Under the pieces are notes generated by a model. That model saw only the letters and a program-made list of their open reading frames with translations. It ran no database searches and was not told the origin of the DNA. A stretch of DNA of 64,000 nucleotides, from the NCBI GenBank assembly GCA_046116545.1, contig CP175956.1, forward strand, positions 321,734 through 385,733, read 5' to 3'. Both the position numbers and the translations under genes were made by a program. Source of the DNA: Candidatus Moraniibacteriota bacterium (GTDB lineage Bacteria; Patescibacteriota; Minisyncoccia; Moranbacterales; GCA-2747515). Below, one piece after another: positions 48,029 through 57,303 of the stretch. How positions within the stretch are numbered: position 1 is the stretch's first letter; the number at the start of each line of letters is the position of its first letter.

Positions 48029-48052
48029 GTCATTCCCGCGAAGGCGGGAATC
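48029..48052. repeat. 24-nt palindromic repeat GTCATTCCCGCGAAGGCGGGAATC (+ orientation)
   Basis: Hairpin ATTCCCGC-GAAG-GCGGGAAT; in the korB/korA intergenic spacer. Confidence 0.7.
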
Positions 48053-48084
48053 TATCGTACGGTATCAATATAATCTTACGGGAA

Positions 48085-48108
48085 GATTCCTGCCTTCGCA
48101 GGAATGAC
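48085..48108. repeat. 24-nt palindromic repeat GATTCCTGCCTTCGCAGGAATGAC (- orientation); forms an inverted pair with 48029-48052
   Basis: Together the pair (48029-48108) resembles the termini of the GIY-YIG cassette at 3663-4020 without the ORF. Confidence 0.7.
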
Positions 48109-48113
48109 ACCTT

Positions 48114-49820
48114 TTATAAAACATTTTTAATTTTTTCTGTTAATTCCTCAACACTAAACAACTCACCATTCCATTTGAGAATTCTCTTATCAATCTTTCT
48201 TTCACATTCTTTTTCTAATAAATCAGCAAATTGACCCGTTGCATTATTTTCAATAACTATAACCTTATCTGCCTTAGTTATCATTTTCTTTGCATTTTTA
48301 TTCAATGGAAAAACTTGCACGAATTGCACAACACTAACTTCTTTATCATCAATATTTTCCACTGCTTCTGTGATTACGTTTTTATTTGAGCCCCAACATA
48401 CAACAAGTGTTTTAGCAGATTTCTTGCCCATAATTTCTGGCTCTAGAGCAGTATCTTCTAACAATTTCTTTCTTTTGAAATATCTTTTTTCCATCATCTG
48501 CATACGCAAACCATCCATGTCTTCTGTTATGCGACCATGTTCATCATGCTCATCACTATCTGCACAAACTAATCCATCACCAAACCCAGGTACGCTCCTC
48601 GGAGAGATCCCATCATCAGTGATTGCATATCGCTTGTATTCCCTATCAGATTCCACAATATATTTTTGATGTGGTAAAACTGCAAATTCTTCTTTATCAA
48701 TAGTATAAAGGGCATCTACAAAATATTGATCAATGAGAATGAATGTTGGAATTTGATATTTGTCGGCAACATCAAGTGCATGTGCTGCTATTTCATAAGC
48801 TTGAACAGGAGTTCCTGGTGCATAAATTGCTCGTACAAATTCCCCATGACCTGCATACAAGACTAGATTTAAATCTTCTTGTGCGGTTTTTGTCGGCAAT
48901 CCTGTTGCTGGACCAGGCCTCTGAGCGATGTGTATTGTTATTGGTGTTTCAGTCATTGCTGCAAGTGATACAGCTTCACACATAAGTGCAAATCCTCCAC
49001 CAGCAGTTGTGACTATCCCACGGGCTCCTGCGTAACTTGCTCCAATTGTCATATTAATCGCTCCCAATTCATCCGTTGCCTGTTCAACAACAACTCCACA
49101 ATCTTTTCCATGTTGTGCCAAAAATGTTAAAAGTCCAGTAGATGGAGACATCGGATAAGAAGAACAAAAATCCACACCTCCCGCAAGAGCTCCAAACCCA
49201 ACAGCATCAATTCCAGAAATAAACAAATCATCCATCACTCCTTCATCCGTTTCAAATGAACATGTCACATCATTGCTAAATGCAAAGTGTTCTCCCATTT
49301 TATAACCTTTTTCAAGTGCTTCCTGATTTTTTTTAATAATATCTTCACCTTTTTTCATGAAAAATTCTCTCAGATATTCTTTTGGACGATCTATTTCAAC
49401 TCCCATAAGTCCAAGTATTGCGCCTGCTGCTACAGTGTTTGCAAATACTCTATGTCCGATTGCTTGTGCGATATTTATAAAATCAACTTCCATTATACAA
49501 GTTGAACAAAAGTCATTATTCTTAAATCCCAAAAACATTGTGTCATCAGTAAATCGTTTTTCACTATGTTTATATCCATTTGGGTCCAATGGCACAAATA
49601 AATCGATACTAGACTTATAAGCATCTCGTTTTTTACTTGAAATTCTAATAGTAGTAGAGTTCATTCCACCTCGAACACGAGACATATATTCTTTTGTAGC
49701 AAATACATGATAACCTTCACGCTTTAGCACATGAGTCAAAATATGAGAAACACTCTGAATTCCCTGACCAGCCTGACCTGCAATAACCAACGAGAAATCA
49801 TCTTTAATATGTCGTGACAT
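48114..49820 (-). CDS. korA: 2-oxoacid:ferredoxin oxidoreductase alpha subunit (with N-terminal gamma-like domain)
   Basis: 568 aa; N-terminal VIAGQAGQGIQS gamma-domain motif, then pyruvate-flavodoxin/ferredoxin oxidoreductase core (GYPITPST-like MSPSTGLLTFLAQ). Confidence 0.85.
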   Translation of the reverse strand: MSRHIKDDFSLVIAGQAGQGIQSVSHILTHVLKREGYHVFATKEYMSRVRGGMNSTTIRISSKKRDAYKSSIDLFVPLDPNGYKHSEKRFTDDTMFLGFKNNDFCSTCIMEVDFINIAQAIGHRVFANTVAAGAILGLMGVEIDRPKEYLREFFMKKGEDIIKKNQEALEKGYKMGEHFAFSNDVTCSFETDEGVMDDLFISGIDAVGFGALAGGVDFCSSYPMSPSTGLLTFLAQHGKDCGVVVEQATDELGAINMTIGASYAGARGIVTTAGGGFALMCEAVSLAAMTETPITIHIAQRPGPATGLPTKTAQEDLNLVLYAGHGEFVRAIYAPGTPVQAYEIAAHALDVADKYQIPTFILIDQYFVDALYTIDKEEFAVLPHQKYIVESDREYKRYAITDDGISPRSVPGFGDGLVCADSDEHDEHGRITEDMDGLRMQMMEKRYFKRKKLLEDTALEPEIMGKKSAKTLVVCWGSNKNVITEAVENIDDKEVSVVQFVQVFPLNKNAKKMITKADKVIVIENNATGQFADLLEKECERKIDKRILKWNGELFSVEELTEKIKNVL

Positions 49821-49889
49821 AGATATTTATATTATTTTTTATATTATACCTAGTATACCACTAACTAGTATTGTGTTCAAAAAAATAAA

Positions 49890-49925
49890 AACCACAACTT
49901 ACTATTATAGTGAGTTGTGGTTAAA
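49890..49925. terminator. hairpin AACCACAACT...AGTTGTGGTT flanked by A/T runs
   Basis: 10-bp stem read from sequence between korA start and ORF 49928..50209 stop. Confidence 0.5.
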
Positions 49926-49927
49926 TC

Positions 49928-50209
49928 CTATCGCTTTTCTATAGGAGCAATTGTGATTGTGGGAAGTTTTGATTTGTCCGTATTTTGATACTCTGACAAA
50001 TCAATTTCCTGGCGACGATGCACGCTCATTTGATATTTCACATCATGTGGTATTGGTGGCAATACTTCTTCAATCATTGCACGTTTAGCTAAATTAATTG
50101 GACACTGCTTTAAATGAATAAATTTACTTATCACAATGAATTTCACATCAATTGTTAACTTCGACTGTTCTGAGCTAAAACTGGCATCAATATAGTAATA
50201 CTTACTCAT
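49928..50209 (-). CDS. hypothetical protein
   Basis: 93-aa ORF, no motif. Confidence 0.3.
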   Translation of the reverse strand: MSKYYYIDASFSSEQSKLTIDVKFIVISKFIHLKQCPINLAKRAMIEEVLPPIPHDVKYQMSVHRRQEIDLSEYQNTDKSKLPTITIAPIEKR

Positions 50210-50437
50210 GCATGGATCTCCTTATTTTTTTATACTTCTTTTTAAAAATTATACGCTTTTTAAATAACCTCGAATTCACCACTATAGCACTTATTTCATG
50301 TTTTAACAATACCTCAACTCCTCACATCTCATTTTTCTATTGAAAACTTTTTTTGCTTATGGTAATGTTCTTATTATCAAGTTTTTTAAAATATACTAGA
50401 TTGGATTTAAAACTCTACTTAACCAAAGGAGTGATTT

Positions 50438-50791
50438 ATGCAACAACAACTGCATCAAGTTACGTATTGCAATAGATTCCGAAATAGACGACGATCTACA
50501 AAAAAGAAATATTGGTTCAAGTGCCTACATGCCTTACCTGAAAATCCACGTTTTGAATATCTACGTAGTAACCAAATTACTTTCAACATTTACTTGGGAC
50601 ACTACAATGCGCCAGTAGCTGTGGAAATAAAAAAGATTCGACATCTACGAAGGTCCCGATTTGGAAAACGAGTTGAATTAAGTTTAATTCATGTACGAGG
50701 TGATAAATCTTACAAAATAACAGCAATTTACAATATAAATAATGGCTCAATGGTAATTCACCCTGTGCCAAAATTTCTATTTGCAAACTAA
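50438..50791 (+). CDS. hypothetical basic protein
   Basis: 117 aa, strongly basic N-terminus (NRFRNRRRSTKKK); strong SD AAAGGAGTGA 7 nt upstream of ATG. Confidence 0.4.
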   Translation: MQQQLHQVTYCNRFRNRRRSTKKKYWFKCLHALPENPRFEYLRSNQITFNIYLGHYNAPVAVEIKKIRHLRRSRFGKRVELSLIHVRGDKSYKITAIYNINNGSMVIHPVPKFLFAN

Positions 50792-50838
50792 TACTTAAAT
50801 GCCATGATATTTATACAAATATCATGGCATTGTTTTTT

Positions 50839-51654
50839 TTATTTCAAAATAAATCCAACATTAAAACATCCTGTACTAATCAAAAATACTATCATTAATA
50901 TTGTGATTATAATTGTAATAAAAAGATATATCCCTGCTGATCTTTTAGAAAGTTGTGTTTTAGGTGGTATTTTCTTCATTTTCTTAGGCAACAAGTACAA
51001 AAAGAAAGGCAAAACCAAACATTGCAAAACACCAAATGTACACCACACTGAAGGATAAGTTACACAAATATTAACTCCATTAGTATAATGACTTCCTATA
51101 GAATAGGCTGCAGCAATCAAAAAAGAAATTGTCATTGAAAACAACAGATACATCCAAGACAATGATTTTGAAATATATTGTCCTACATTTTTTTGTTCAA
51201 ATAAAATACAAATATTCCAATACATAAATAACACAAACCATGCAAGTGACCACAAAAATATCGAGTGATGTTCTAAATGGAAGTCTAACACTGTAAACTC
51301 TACTGGTTTTAAAAATAAATAGATCGCCACAATAGCTACGACAATACTTAATTCCCTGACATATAACTTACGATTATAAAATTTTTCCAAAGAAAAAAGA
51401 TAAAACACCATTCCAGTTAATGAAATTAAAAGACCTATTTTATAAACTATTACACTCCCAGTAACTAAAGAAAGAAATTCGAAAATCTGATGAGTACCAA
51501 TCATTGAACCTGCTATCATCAAATACTTCAAAAAAGGTATTAGCTCTTCTCTATTTATTTTTTTGTAATAAATGGAAGCGCTTAAATATCCGATTAACGC
51601 ACCAGCCCAAACAACAAGACCTGTCATTAATTGCACTTTTTCTACATAATTCAT
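50839..51654 (-). CDS. hypothetical polytopic membrane protein (about 7 TM)
   Basis: ATG at 51654 (MNYVEKVQLMTGLVVWAG...); ORF-track start at 51702 is TTG. Confidence 0.45.
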   Translation of the reverse strand: MNYVEKVQLMTGLVVWAGALIGYLSASIYYKKINREELIPFLKYLMIAGSMIGTHQIFEFLSLVTGSVIVYKIGLLISLTGMVFYLFSLEKFYNRKLYVRELSIVVAIVAIYLFLKPVEFTVLDFHLEHHSIFLWSLAWFVLFMYWNICILFEQKNVGQYISKSLSWMYLLFSMTISFLIAAAYSIGSHYTNGVNICVTYPSVWCTFGVLQCLVLPFFLYLLPKKMKKIPPKTQLSKRSAGIYLFITIIITILMIVFLISTGCFNVGFILK

Positions 51655-51706
51655 AATATTTATTTTTATATTGACCTTGTTACGTAGCCTACTATGTACC
51701 AAGCAT

Positions 51707-51913
51707 TTATTCTCCTAATTCTTTTTTCACTTCTTCAAATTCATTTTCAATTTCTTTTAATCGTTTTTTTGAATCTTTAATAAGTTTAGCTCCATCTTTC
51801 ACTTTTTTGATTCCTTCTTCAACATCAATCTCATCTTGCCCATCAAACCATGTCACTATTTCTTCAATTTCTTTTAATGATTTCGTTAAATTATCTTTTT
51901 TTTGCGCTGCCAT
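51707..51913 (-). CDS. xseB: exodeoxyribonuclease VII small subunit
   Basis: 68 aa helical protein LKEIEEIVTWFDGQDEIDVEEGIKKVKDGAKLIKDSKKRLKEIE directly downstream of xseA on the same strand. Confidence 0.65.
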   Translation of the reverse strand: MAAQKKDNLTKSLKEIEEIVTWFDGQDEIDVEEGIKKVKDGAKLIKDSKKRLKEIENEFEEVKKELGE

Positions 51914-51935
51914 ATTATTTATAATTATTAATTAT

Positions 51936-51962
51936 GGACAGGCACAAGGCACTGTCCCTACA
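51936..51962. repeat. GGACAGGCACAAGGCACTGTCCCTACA palindromic repeat, copy 2 of 3 (xseA/xseB spacer)
   Basis: Identical to copy 1 except A/G at one position. Confidence 0.7.
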
Positions 51963-51970
51963 GTTTAAAT

Positions 51971-53629
51971 TCACTTTACTATTGTATCTATCTTACCATC
52001 ACTCACTTGTATATTCATCTTATCACCTTTCTTTACATCTTTCACACTGCGAATCACTTTTCCACTTTTATCTGTTGTTATGCTATACCCAAGCATTAAC
52101 TGCCTTTCTGGATTATTGTTCTCTAATGCTTTTTCTAGAAATACTATTTGTTTTTTACTTATCTCAATTGTATTTTGAAAATTCAATACAGTACTTGTGG
52201 CTCTACTTATTATCTGAGTATAATTTAATACTATTTTATCTAAAGAATACGATAATTGTTTTAAATTATTTTGTAAATTTCTTTTTTTATTTATAATTTC
52301 ATTATCTAATTTTTGTACAGAAAAATTAAATTTTATAAATAAATCTTTTGCTCTTTGTAAAATTGTATCAAAAATATTTTTTATATAATATTCTTGATCT
52401 TTTAATTTTGATTTTTTGTTTTGCAATACTTTATCAAATGAATTCAATATCAATTGTTCACTATTACCCAAAAATTTATCCACATTATCCCAACTCTCTC
52501 TCACGCAATGAGCTGCTGCTGTTGGTGTACTTGCACCGTAATCGGCTACAAGTGTTGTTATGGTTTCATCTTGCTCATGCCCAACTCCTGCAACTACTGG
52601 CACTGGAAAGTCCGCTATCATTCTTACAATTTTTTCATTATTAAATGCCTGCAAACTTTCCAAACTTCCACCACCTCTTACAATCACTAATAAATCTAAA
52701 TCTTTATTTGCCATTGTGGTAAGTGCATTTTTTATATCTATAAGTGCATTTGCCCCCTCGACAGTTGAATGATGAAATATTATTTTGTATCCGTAATCTC
52801 CAACATTTGTAGTAAAATCTCCTATTGCCGCACCACTTCTAGAAGTTATTAACCCTATCCTACGAGGTAATTGTGGCAATTCTCTTTTTCTCTCATCTGC
52901 TAGCAATCCCTCTGCATCAAGCTTTTTCTTCAAGTCATCATATGCTTTTTTTAATGCGCCTTCTCCATAAAGTTCTACAGTCTGACCTATAAAACTAAAT
53001 CCATATTGTTTATGATAATTTGGATGCCCTGTCACAATCACCTCCATACCATCTTCCAAATTTATTCCAGAAAGTTCATAACTATTTTTAAACACCGCAC
53101 ATCGCAAAACACTTTCCCTATCTTTAATTTCAAAATATGCATGTCCATTTGGATTTCTTTTGAATCCAGTTATTTCCCCTTGTACACGAGTATTTCTAAA
53201 ATTTGTCTGTAACATTGTATCAACCATGGTTACAAACTGAGTAACAGAGATTGCATCGTCACCCTTCTCTTCTATTATCTCACCAGTTACTTCATCTACT
53301 CTAATTTCTTTTTTAATAGGATTTTTACTACTAAGTACCGCATCATTAACGCTATCAGCTTCATCAAATAAATTTCCAGAATCTCCTGACGAAATTATAA
53401 CACCTCCACCAGTAACTCCATCACCTCGCACTAGCTTTAAAATGTCATCACCATACTTCCGCACCTTTACAGCACCAATACCCTTAATACGTAAAAGTTC
53501 ATCAGCTGTTTTTGGCTCAAGTCTTACAATCTCTTTTATAGTATTAAATTGTAAAATCATATACGGCTCCAGATGACTCTTGCGAGCAGTATCTTGTTGC
53601 CATGCTATGAGTTTTTGAATTAATGACAT
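51971..53629 (-). CDS. xseA: exodeoxyribonuclease VII large subunit with N-terminal helix-hairpin-helix extension
   Basis: 552 aa; OB-fold region ISVTQFVTMVDTMLQTNFRNTRVQGEITGFKRNPNGHAYFEIKD typical of XseA; extra N-terminal about 100 aa with HhH-like LLRIKGIGAVKVRKYGDDIL. Confidence 0.8.
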   Translation of the reverse strand: MSLIQKLIAWQQDTARKSHLEPYMILQFNTIKEIVRLEPKTADELLRIKGIGAVKVRKYGDDILKLVRGDGVTGGGVIISSGDSGNLFDEADSVNDAVLSSKNPIKKEIRVDEVTGEIIEEKGDDAISVTQFVTMVDTMLQTNFRNTRVQGEITGFKRNPNGHAYFEIKDRESVLRCAVFKNSYELSGINLEDGMEVIVTGHPNYHKQYGFSFIGQTVELYGEGALKKAYDDLKKKLDAEGLLADERKRELPQLPRRIGLITSRSGAAIGDFTTNVGDYGYKIIFHHSTVEGANALIDIKNALTTMANKDLDLLVIVRGGGSLESLQAFNNEKIVRMIADFPVPVVAGVGHEQDETITTLVADYGASTPTAAAHCVRESWDNVDKFLGNSEQLILNSFDKVLQNKKSKLKDQEYYIKNIFDTILQRAKDLFIKFNFSVQKLDNEIINKKRNLQNNLKQLSYSLDKIVLNYTQIISRATSTVLNFQNTIEISKKQIVFLEKALENNNPERQLMLGYSITTDKSGKVIRSVKDVKKGDKMNIQVSDGKIDTIVK

Positions 53630-53654
53630 AATAAAATATGTTTTTAAAATTTAC

Positions 53655-54686
53655 TTACGGCAATGATTGTAACATGTCGTCAATTTCATGTGCACTCTCC
53701 AACTCATTATCCAGTTCAATTCCTGTCACTGTGAGATAAGTTTTAAAATCATTATAAAGACCACAATTCAATGAAATATATTCATCTGGTTTCAATTTTT
53801 GTTCATCTTTTATATTAGCGTCACCTTGTGCGCTCAACTTATTAATTGCGTCATTTATATAATCAACAGAAACATCTGCTATACCTGGTAATCCACCAGC
53901 CATAAGTGATGCGATACGTGTCCCAAACTCCATGATAGCAACATTTGTCATATCAGCAATCCCATTAATACAATTTTTATTTGCATCAAGCATAAGAGTT
54001 TGCAGCTCCTGCCTCCTCGCATTTGTAAGTTTTACATCTTGAGACACTTCTTCTTTTAACGCTTGTAATTCAATTTTCATTTGTTCTATACTTTCTGTAT
54101 CTCGCATGCATTCTCCACCGCTACATACTTTTGGAAAATTTAAACCACCAAATATTTCTACGTCACTACTACAATTTGTATCAAATGTTTTAATGCATTC
54201 ACCCACACGTGGATTACAACCCATTTTCCATGCAACATCACCCTCACAAATTGCATCACACTCATTATCATACTGACATTTTTTCTCAACATCCTCTTTT
54301 ACTTCTTCCTCTACATCCTCTACATCCTCTTCTACAACAACTTCTTCTATTTCTTCTTCAACTTTTGGTACACACTTATTATCATTTACAACTTCATTTT
54401 GATCACATAACATACATGTCCGTCCAAAAAGTGCACCATTCTTTGCATTACACTCTTCTTTTAACTTGTCCATGTCAGGATTTTTCCATTCATCATATTT
54501 TTCATACACATAATCTTTTGCCTCTCCCTTACTCATGTTCAGATTGTCACAATATTCTCCATGAAAAGCACACTTACAATACCGAGCATCTACACCCAAG
54601 CCACAGAAGGTATCTTTTATATTACTCTTTTCACCACATCCACTCAATATGATGAAAAAAAATGGAATTATTAAAAACTTTTTCAT
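53655..54686 (-). CDS. Cys-rich acidic lipoprotein, hypothetical
   Basis: 343 aa; lipobox LSGC after signal peptide; multiple Cys pairs; EEIEEVVVEEDVEDVEEEVKEDVEKK acidic stretch. Confidence 0.45.
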   Translation of the reverse strand: MKKFLIIPFFFIILSGCGEKSNIKDTFCGLGVDARYCKCAFHGEYCDNLNMSKGEAKDYVYEKYDEWKNPDMDKLKEECNAKNGALFGRTCMLCDQNEVVNDNKCVPKVEEEIEEVVVEEDVEDVEEEVKEDVEKKCQYDNECDAICEGDVAWKMGCNPRVGECIKTFDTNCSSDVEIFGGLNFPKVCSGGECMRDTESIEQMKIELQALKEEVSQDVKLTNARRQELQTLMLDANKNCINGIADMTNVAIMEFGTRIASLMAGGLPGIADVSVDYINDAINKLSAQGDANIKDEQKLKPDEYISLNCGLYNDFKTYLTVTGIELDNELESAHEIDDMLQSLP

Positions 54687-54748
54687 AATAATTTATTAAA
54701 AACGATACCTGTATCATACCACACACAACATAATATGAAATAAAAAAA

Positions 54749-54782
54749 AGACCGAAGTATCTCGTTAGAGAAACTTCGGTCT
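54749..54782 (-). terminator. rho-independent terminator AGACCGAAGT-loop-ACTTCGGTCT with A9/T9 run
   Basis: Perfect 10-bp stem; T-run follows on the minus strand, downstream of gene 54840..55130. Confidence 0.7.
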
Positions 54783-54839
54783 ATCACATCAAGCTACGCT
54801 TGAAAATAATTTCAAACATACCTGATGCCACTCAGAAGA

Positions 54840-55130
54840 CTATCTTACAAAGTCAGCAGACAGGGATCCGTCCAGAATATCAATGGCCTTATTAGCAAGT
54901 GCCAAATCTTCCTTAGTCAGAGAACCTGCATGGGCAGCAATACCGGTAATGCCTTTCTTCTTATGACAAGTGATCACAGGACATTCTCTTACCGCTGTAC
55001 CGTCTGACAGCATGCCTGACAACTTACGTTTACCGTTTTTCATCTTGTGACATACGATAACATCATTGTCGGCTGTTAAGAGTGTACTGGCACCTTTTTT
55101 TGTAAGCATCTTCTTTTGAATATTGTCCAT
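54840..55130 (-). CDS. hypothetical protein (Cys/His-containing, 96 aa)
   Basis: ORF in GC-richer DNA; no secure motif. Confidence 0.3.
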   Translation of the reverse strand: MDNIQKKMLTKKGASTLLTADNDVIVCHKMKNGKRKLSGMLSDGTAVRECPVITCHKKKGITGIAAHAGSLTKEDLALANKAIDILDGSLSADFVR

Positions 55131-55269
55131 TGGATTATTCCTCTTTTGAACTTTTATAAAATGGTCATTATGACCGCTTCTTAAATAGCAAATTGATATT
55201 CAATAAATTGAACACCAACTTAGCATTAATCGATATTACATGATATACCCAATATTGTCAAGACAAGTT

Positions 55270-56181
55270 TTATACCAACTCTTGTTTAAATTGTATTAGA
55301 AAGTTTCGCAATTCATCATCACTGTAATTTTCTAAATGTGAAATTTCTAATACAATTGGCGAACGATGTCGTCGAAAATACCGTAAAAAATTTCCGTATG
55401 CATTTTTGTTTGCACTAACATTATCCTTTGTTGGCAAAACATGATGATCATCACTCCAATCAATCGGATTGAAAACGCCATCATTTCCATGAAAGTGAAA
55501 ATTATTTACTGTAAATCCAAGTGACAGAAACTTTCCAATAGAAAAGTCCTGCGCCAGTCGACGATGCCCAGTGTCAATCGTGATACCGATTGTACGAGTG
55601 TCTTGTAGCATTCGCTTGAAATGACTCGGTAGAAATCCAAGTGTACCAGCTTTTTGCTTCAAGTCAGTTTGATTTTCGATACCAATTAATGTTTGATGAT
55701 TAAAATCTATACGAAACTTATCCAGTCGATCAAAAAGTATCTTTGAATTAGCAATAGCATCCCTTTCTGATAAAAATTCACATCCATCAACTGAAATTGT
55801 CACTGGATGCATCGTAATAACACTGCCAATACCATACTTACGATATATTTCTTCCAACATAATAAATCGACTAACAATCAATGAATGATGTGAAATAACA
55901 CCAGCATTAAAACCGTTTTCGACAGCAGGATTCATTCTACCTTCTACTGGTAAATGCCACTGAATAGCAACATCATTATCACGAGAAAACTCTGACATCA
56001 TTTTTAATACACCCTCATTTTGATGAAAAGCTGTCCCCTTAAGAAAATAAGGTGCAGCACCGCTATTTGCAAATTTTTCTACCTTTGCTTCTATTAAATT
56101 TACACCAAGCCTAACTACTCTTTCAGCCTCATACATGTTTCGCACAGAAAATCCAACTTTTTGAACTTTATCCCATTCCAT
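55270..56181 (-). CDS. sugar phosphate isomerase/epimerase (xylose isomerase-like TIM barrel, AP endonuclease family 2)
   Basis: 303 aa; metal-ligand motifs ITIDTGH and HFHGNDG typical of the family. Confidence 0.65.
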   Translation of the reverse strand: MEWDKVQKVGFSVRNMYEAERVVRLGVNLIEAKVEKFANSGAAPYFLKGTAFHQNEGVLKMMSEFSRDNDVAIQWHLPVEGRMNPAVENGFNAGVISHHSLIVSRFIMLEEIYRKYGIGSVITMHPVTISVDGCEFLSERDAIANSKILFDRLDKFRIDFNHQTLIGIENQTDLKQKAGTLGFLPSHFKRMLQDTRTIGITIDTGHRRLAQDFSIGKFLSLGFTVNNFHFHGNDGVFNPIDWSDDHHVLPTKDNVSANKNAYGNFLRYFRRHRSPIVLEISHLENYSDDELRNFLIQFKQELV

Positions 56182-56292
56182 GATTTACACCCCCTTCTGA
56201 ATGTTTTTGTTAAATAACAATTTATTTTTCACTATAAAAATAGTATGTAATCGTATCATTTCGTACAACGCTAGTCAATGACAAATATTATA

Positions 56293-56330
56293 AAACCCTT
56301 GCAATATATTATATATTGCAAGGGTTATTT
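56293..56330. terminator. bidirectional terminator: perfect palindrome AACCCTTGCAATATAT/TATATATTGCAAGGGTT flanked by A/T runs
   Basis: 16-bp perfect inverted repeat read from sequence, directly after the stop of 56333..57007. Confidence 0.7.
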
Positions 56331-56332
56331 TA

Positions 56333-57007
56333 CTACTGTAGTACCCTAGTATTTTCCAGTTTTTGTATTTTAGCCAAAGTCTCTGATGCAAATGACAATG
56401 ACGGTATCTTTCTATCAAATATAAATAAATAATCCAAAGACTCTTTACCTCCAGCATCTAGAGTATAACTACCTGCATCACATCTGTAAAAAATTGTAAG
56501 CAGTTGAAAAAAATCTCTTGTATTCATTTCAATACGAGTTGCTGAATAATTAATCATTTGTGCTATTGTGTCTATATCTTTATTACCACGGATATATTCA
56601 CCCAGAGAGTCTTCTTCTATAAGTGCTACTGCAATATCTTTGTACTTATTTGAGATGACCAAAGTATCAAAAATATTTTTCAATTTCTCAACAGTATAAA
56701 CATGTTGTTGATTTTTATCACCATATGCAATTGCTTCTGGCTTTCCGATATCATGCAATACCAATATCAAACGAAATATTCCTAGATCAAAATTAGCTGG
56801 TAATTCATTACTACGGAAATATTTCTCAAACTGTCGCATCATCATGATAGTATGCTCACCAATGGTGTAGCCTTCCCAAACACCCGCATCAGCATTGTAA
56901 ATATCACCCAAATCACCTGATAAAAACTGAATGAGTTTTTCTGGTGTAAATTGTTTGTCATATAATATTTGATCTAATTCTTTTTTTGTAACCTGTAAAT
57001 TTTTCAT
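56333..57007 (-). CDS. HD-domain phosphohydrolase
   Basis: 224 aa; H...HD motif (GEHTIMMM ... LVLHDIGKPEA). Confidence 0.65.
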   Translation of the reverse strand: MKNLQVTKKELDQILYDKQFTPEKLIQFLSGDLGDIYNADAGVWEGYTIGEHTIMMMRQFEKYFRSNELPANFDLGIFRLILVLHDIGKPEAIAYGDKNQQHVYTVEKLKNIFDTLVISNKYKDIAVALIEEDSLGEYIRGNKDIDTIAQMINYSATRIEMNTRDFFQLLTIFYRCDAGSYTLDAGGKESLDYLFIFDRKIPSLSFASETLAKIQKLENTRVLQ

Positions 57008-57100
57008 AAATCAATCTCCTAAATTAAAACTCTCCTGCAAATATTATTGCAAGAGAGTTGTGTTTACCTTATCACTATCTACAATTACTACAGGCAATTG

Positions 57101-57118
57101 CCTGTGCAATTTTCCACT
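57101..57118. promoter_or_regulatory. perfect palindrome ACAGGCAATTGCCTGT (related to the ACAGGCA...TGCCTGT core of the GGACAGG repeats)
   Basis: 16-bp perfect palindrome in the 296-bp spacer upstream of the HD-domain gene. Confidence 0.35.
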
Positions 57119-57230
57119 CTCTCAATTTATATTCACGATTAAGTCTTAAATCGTACTTCACCATGTAATACAAATCTTTTGCACGTTGAGAAAAATTAAT
57201 GCGTAACATTTTACATTTCATTTTTTGTTC

Positions 57231-57256
57231 TCCTATAGACAGGCACAAGACCTGTC
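57231..57256. repeat. AGACAGGCACAAGACCTGTCCCTACA palindromic repeat, copy 3 of 3, followed by GC hairpin GGCGGG-TCTTGTG-CCCGCC (57269-57287)
   Basis: Compensatory substitutions preserve the 6-bp stem; located just downstream (minus strand) of nadE. Confidence 0.7.
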
Positions 57257-57303
57257 CCTACATAACCATAGTTGTAGTGGCGGGTCTTGTGCCCGCCCAT
57301 TGA

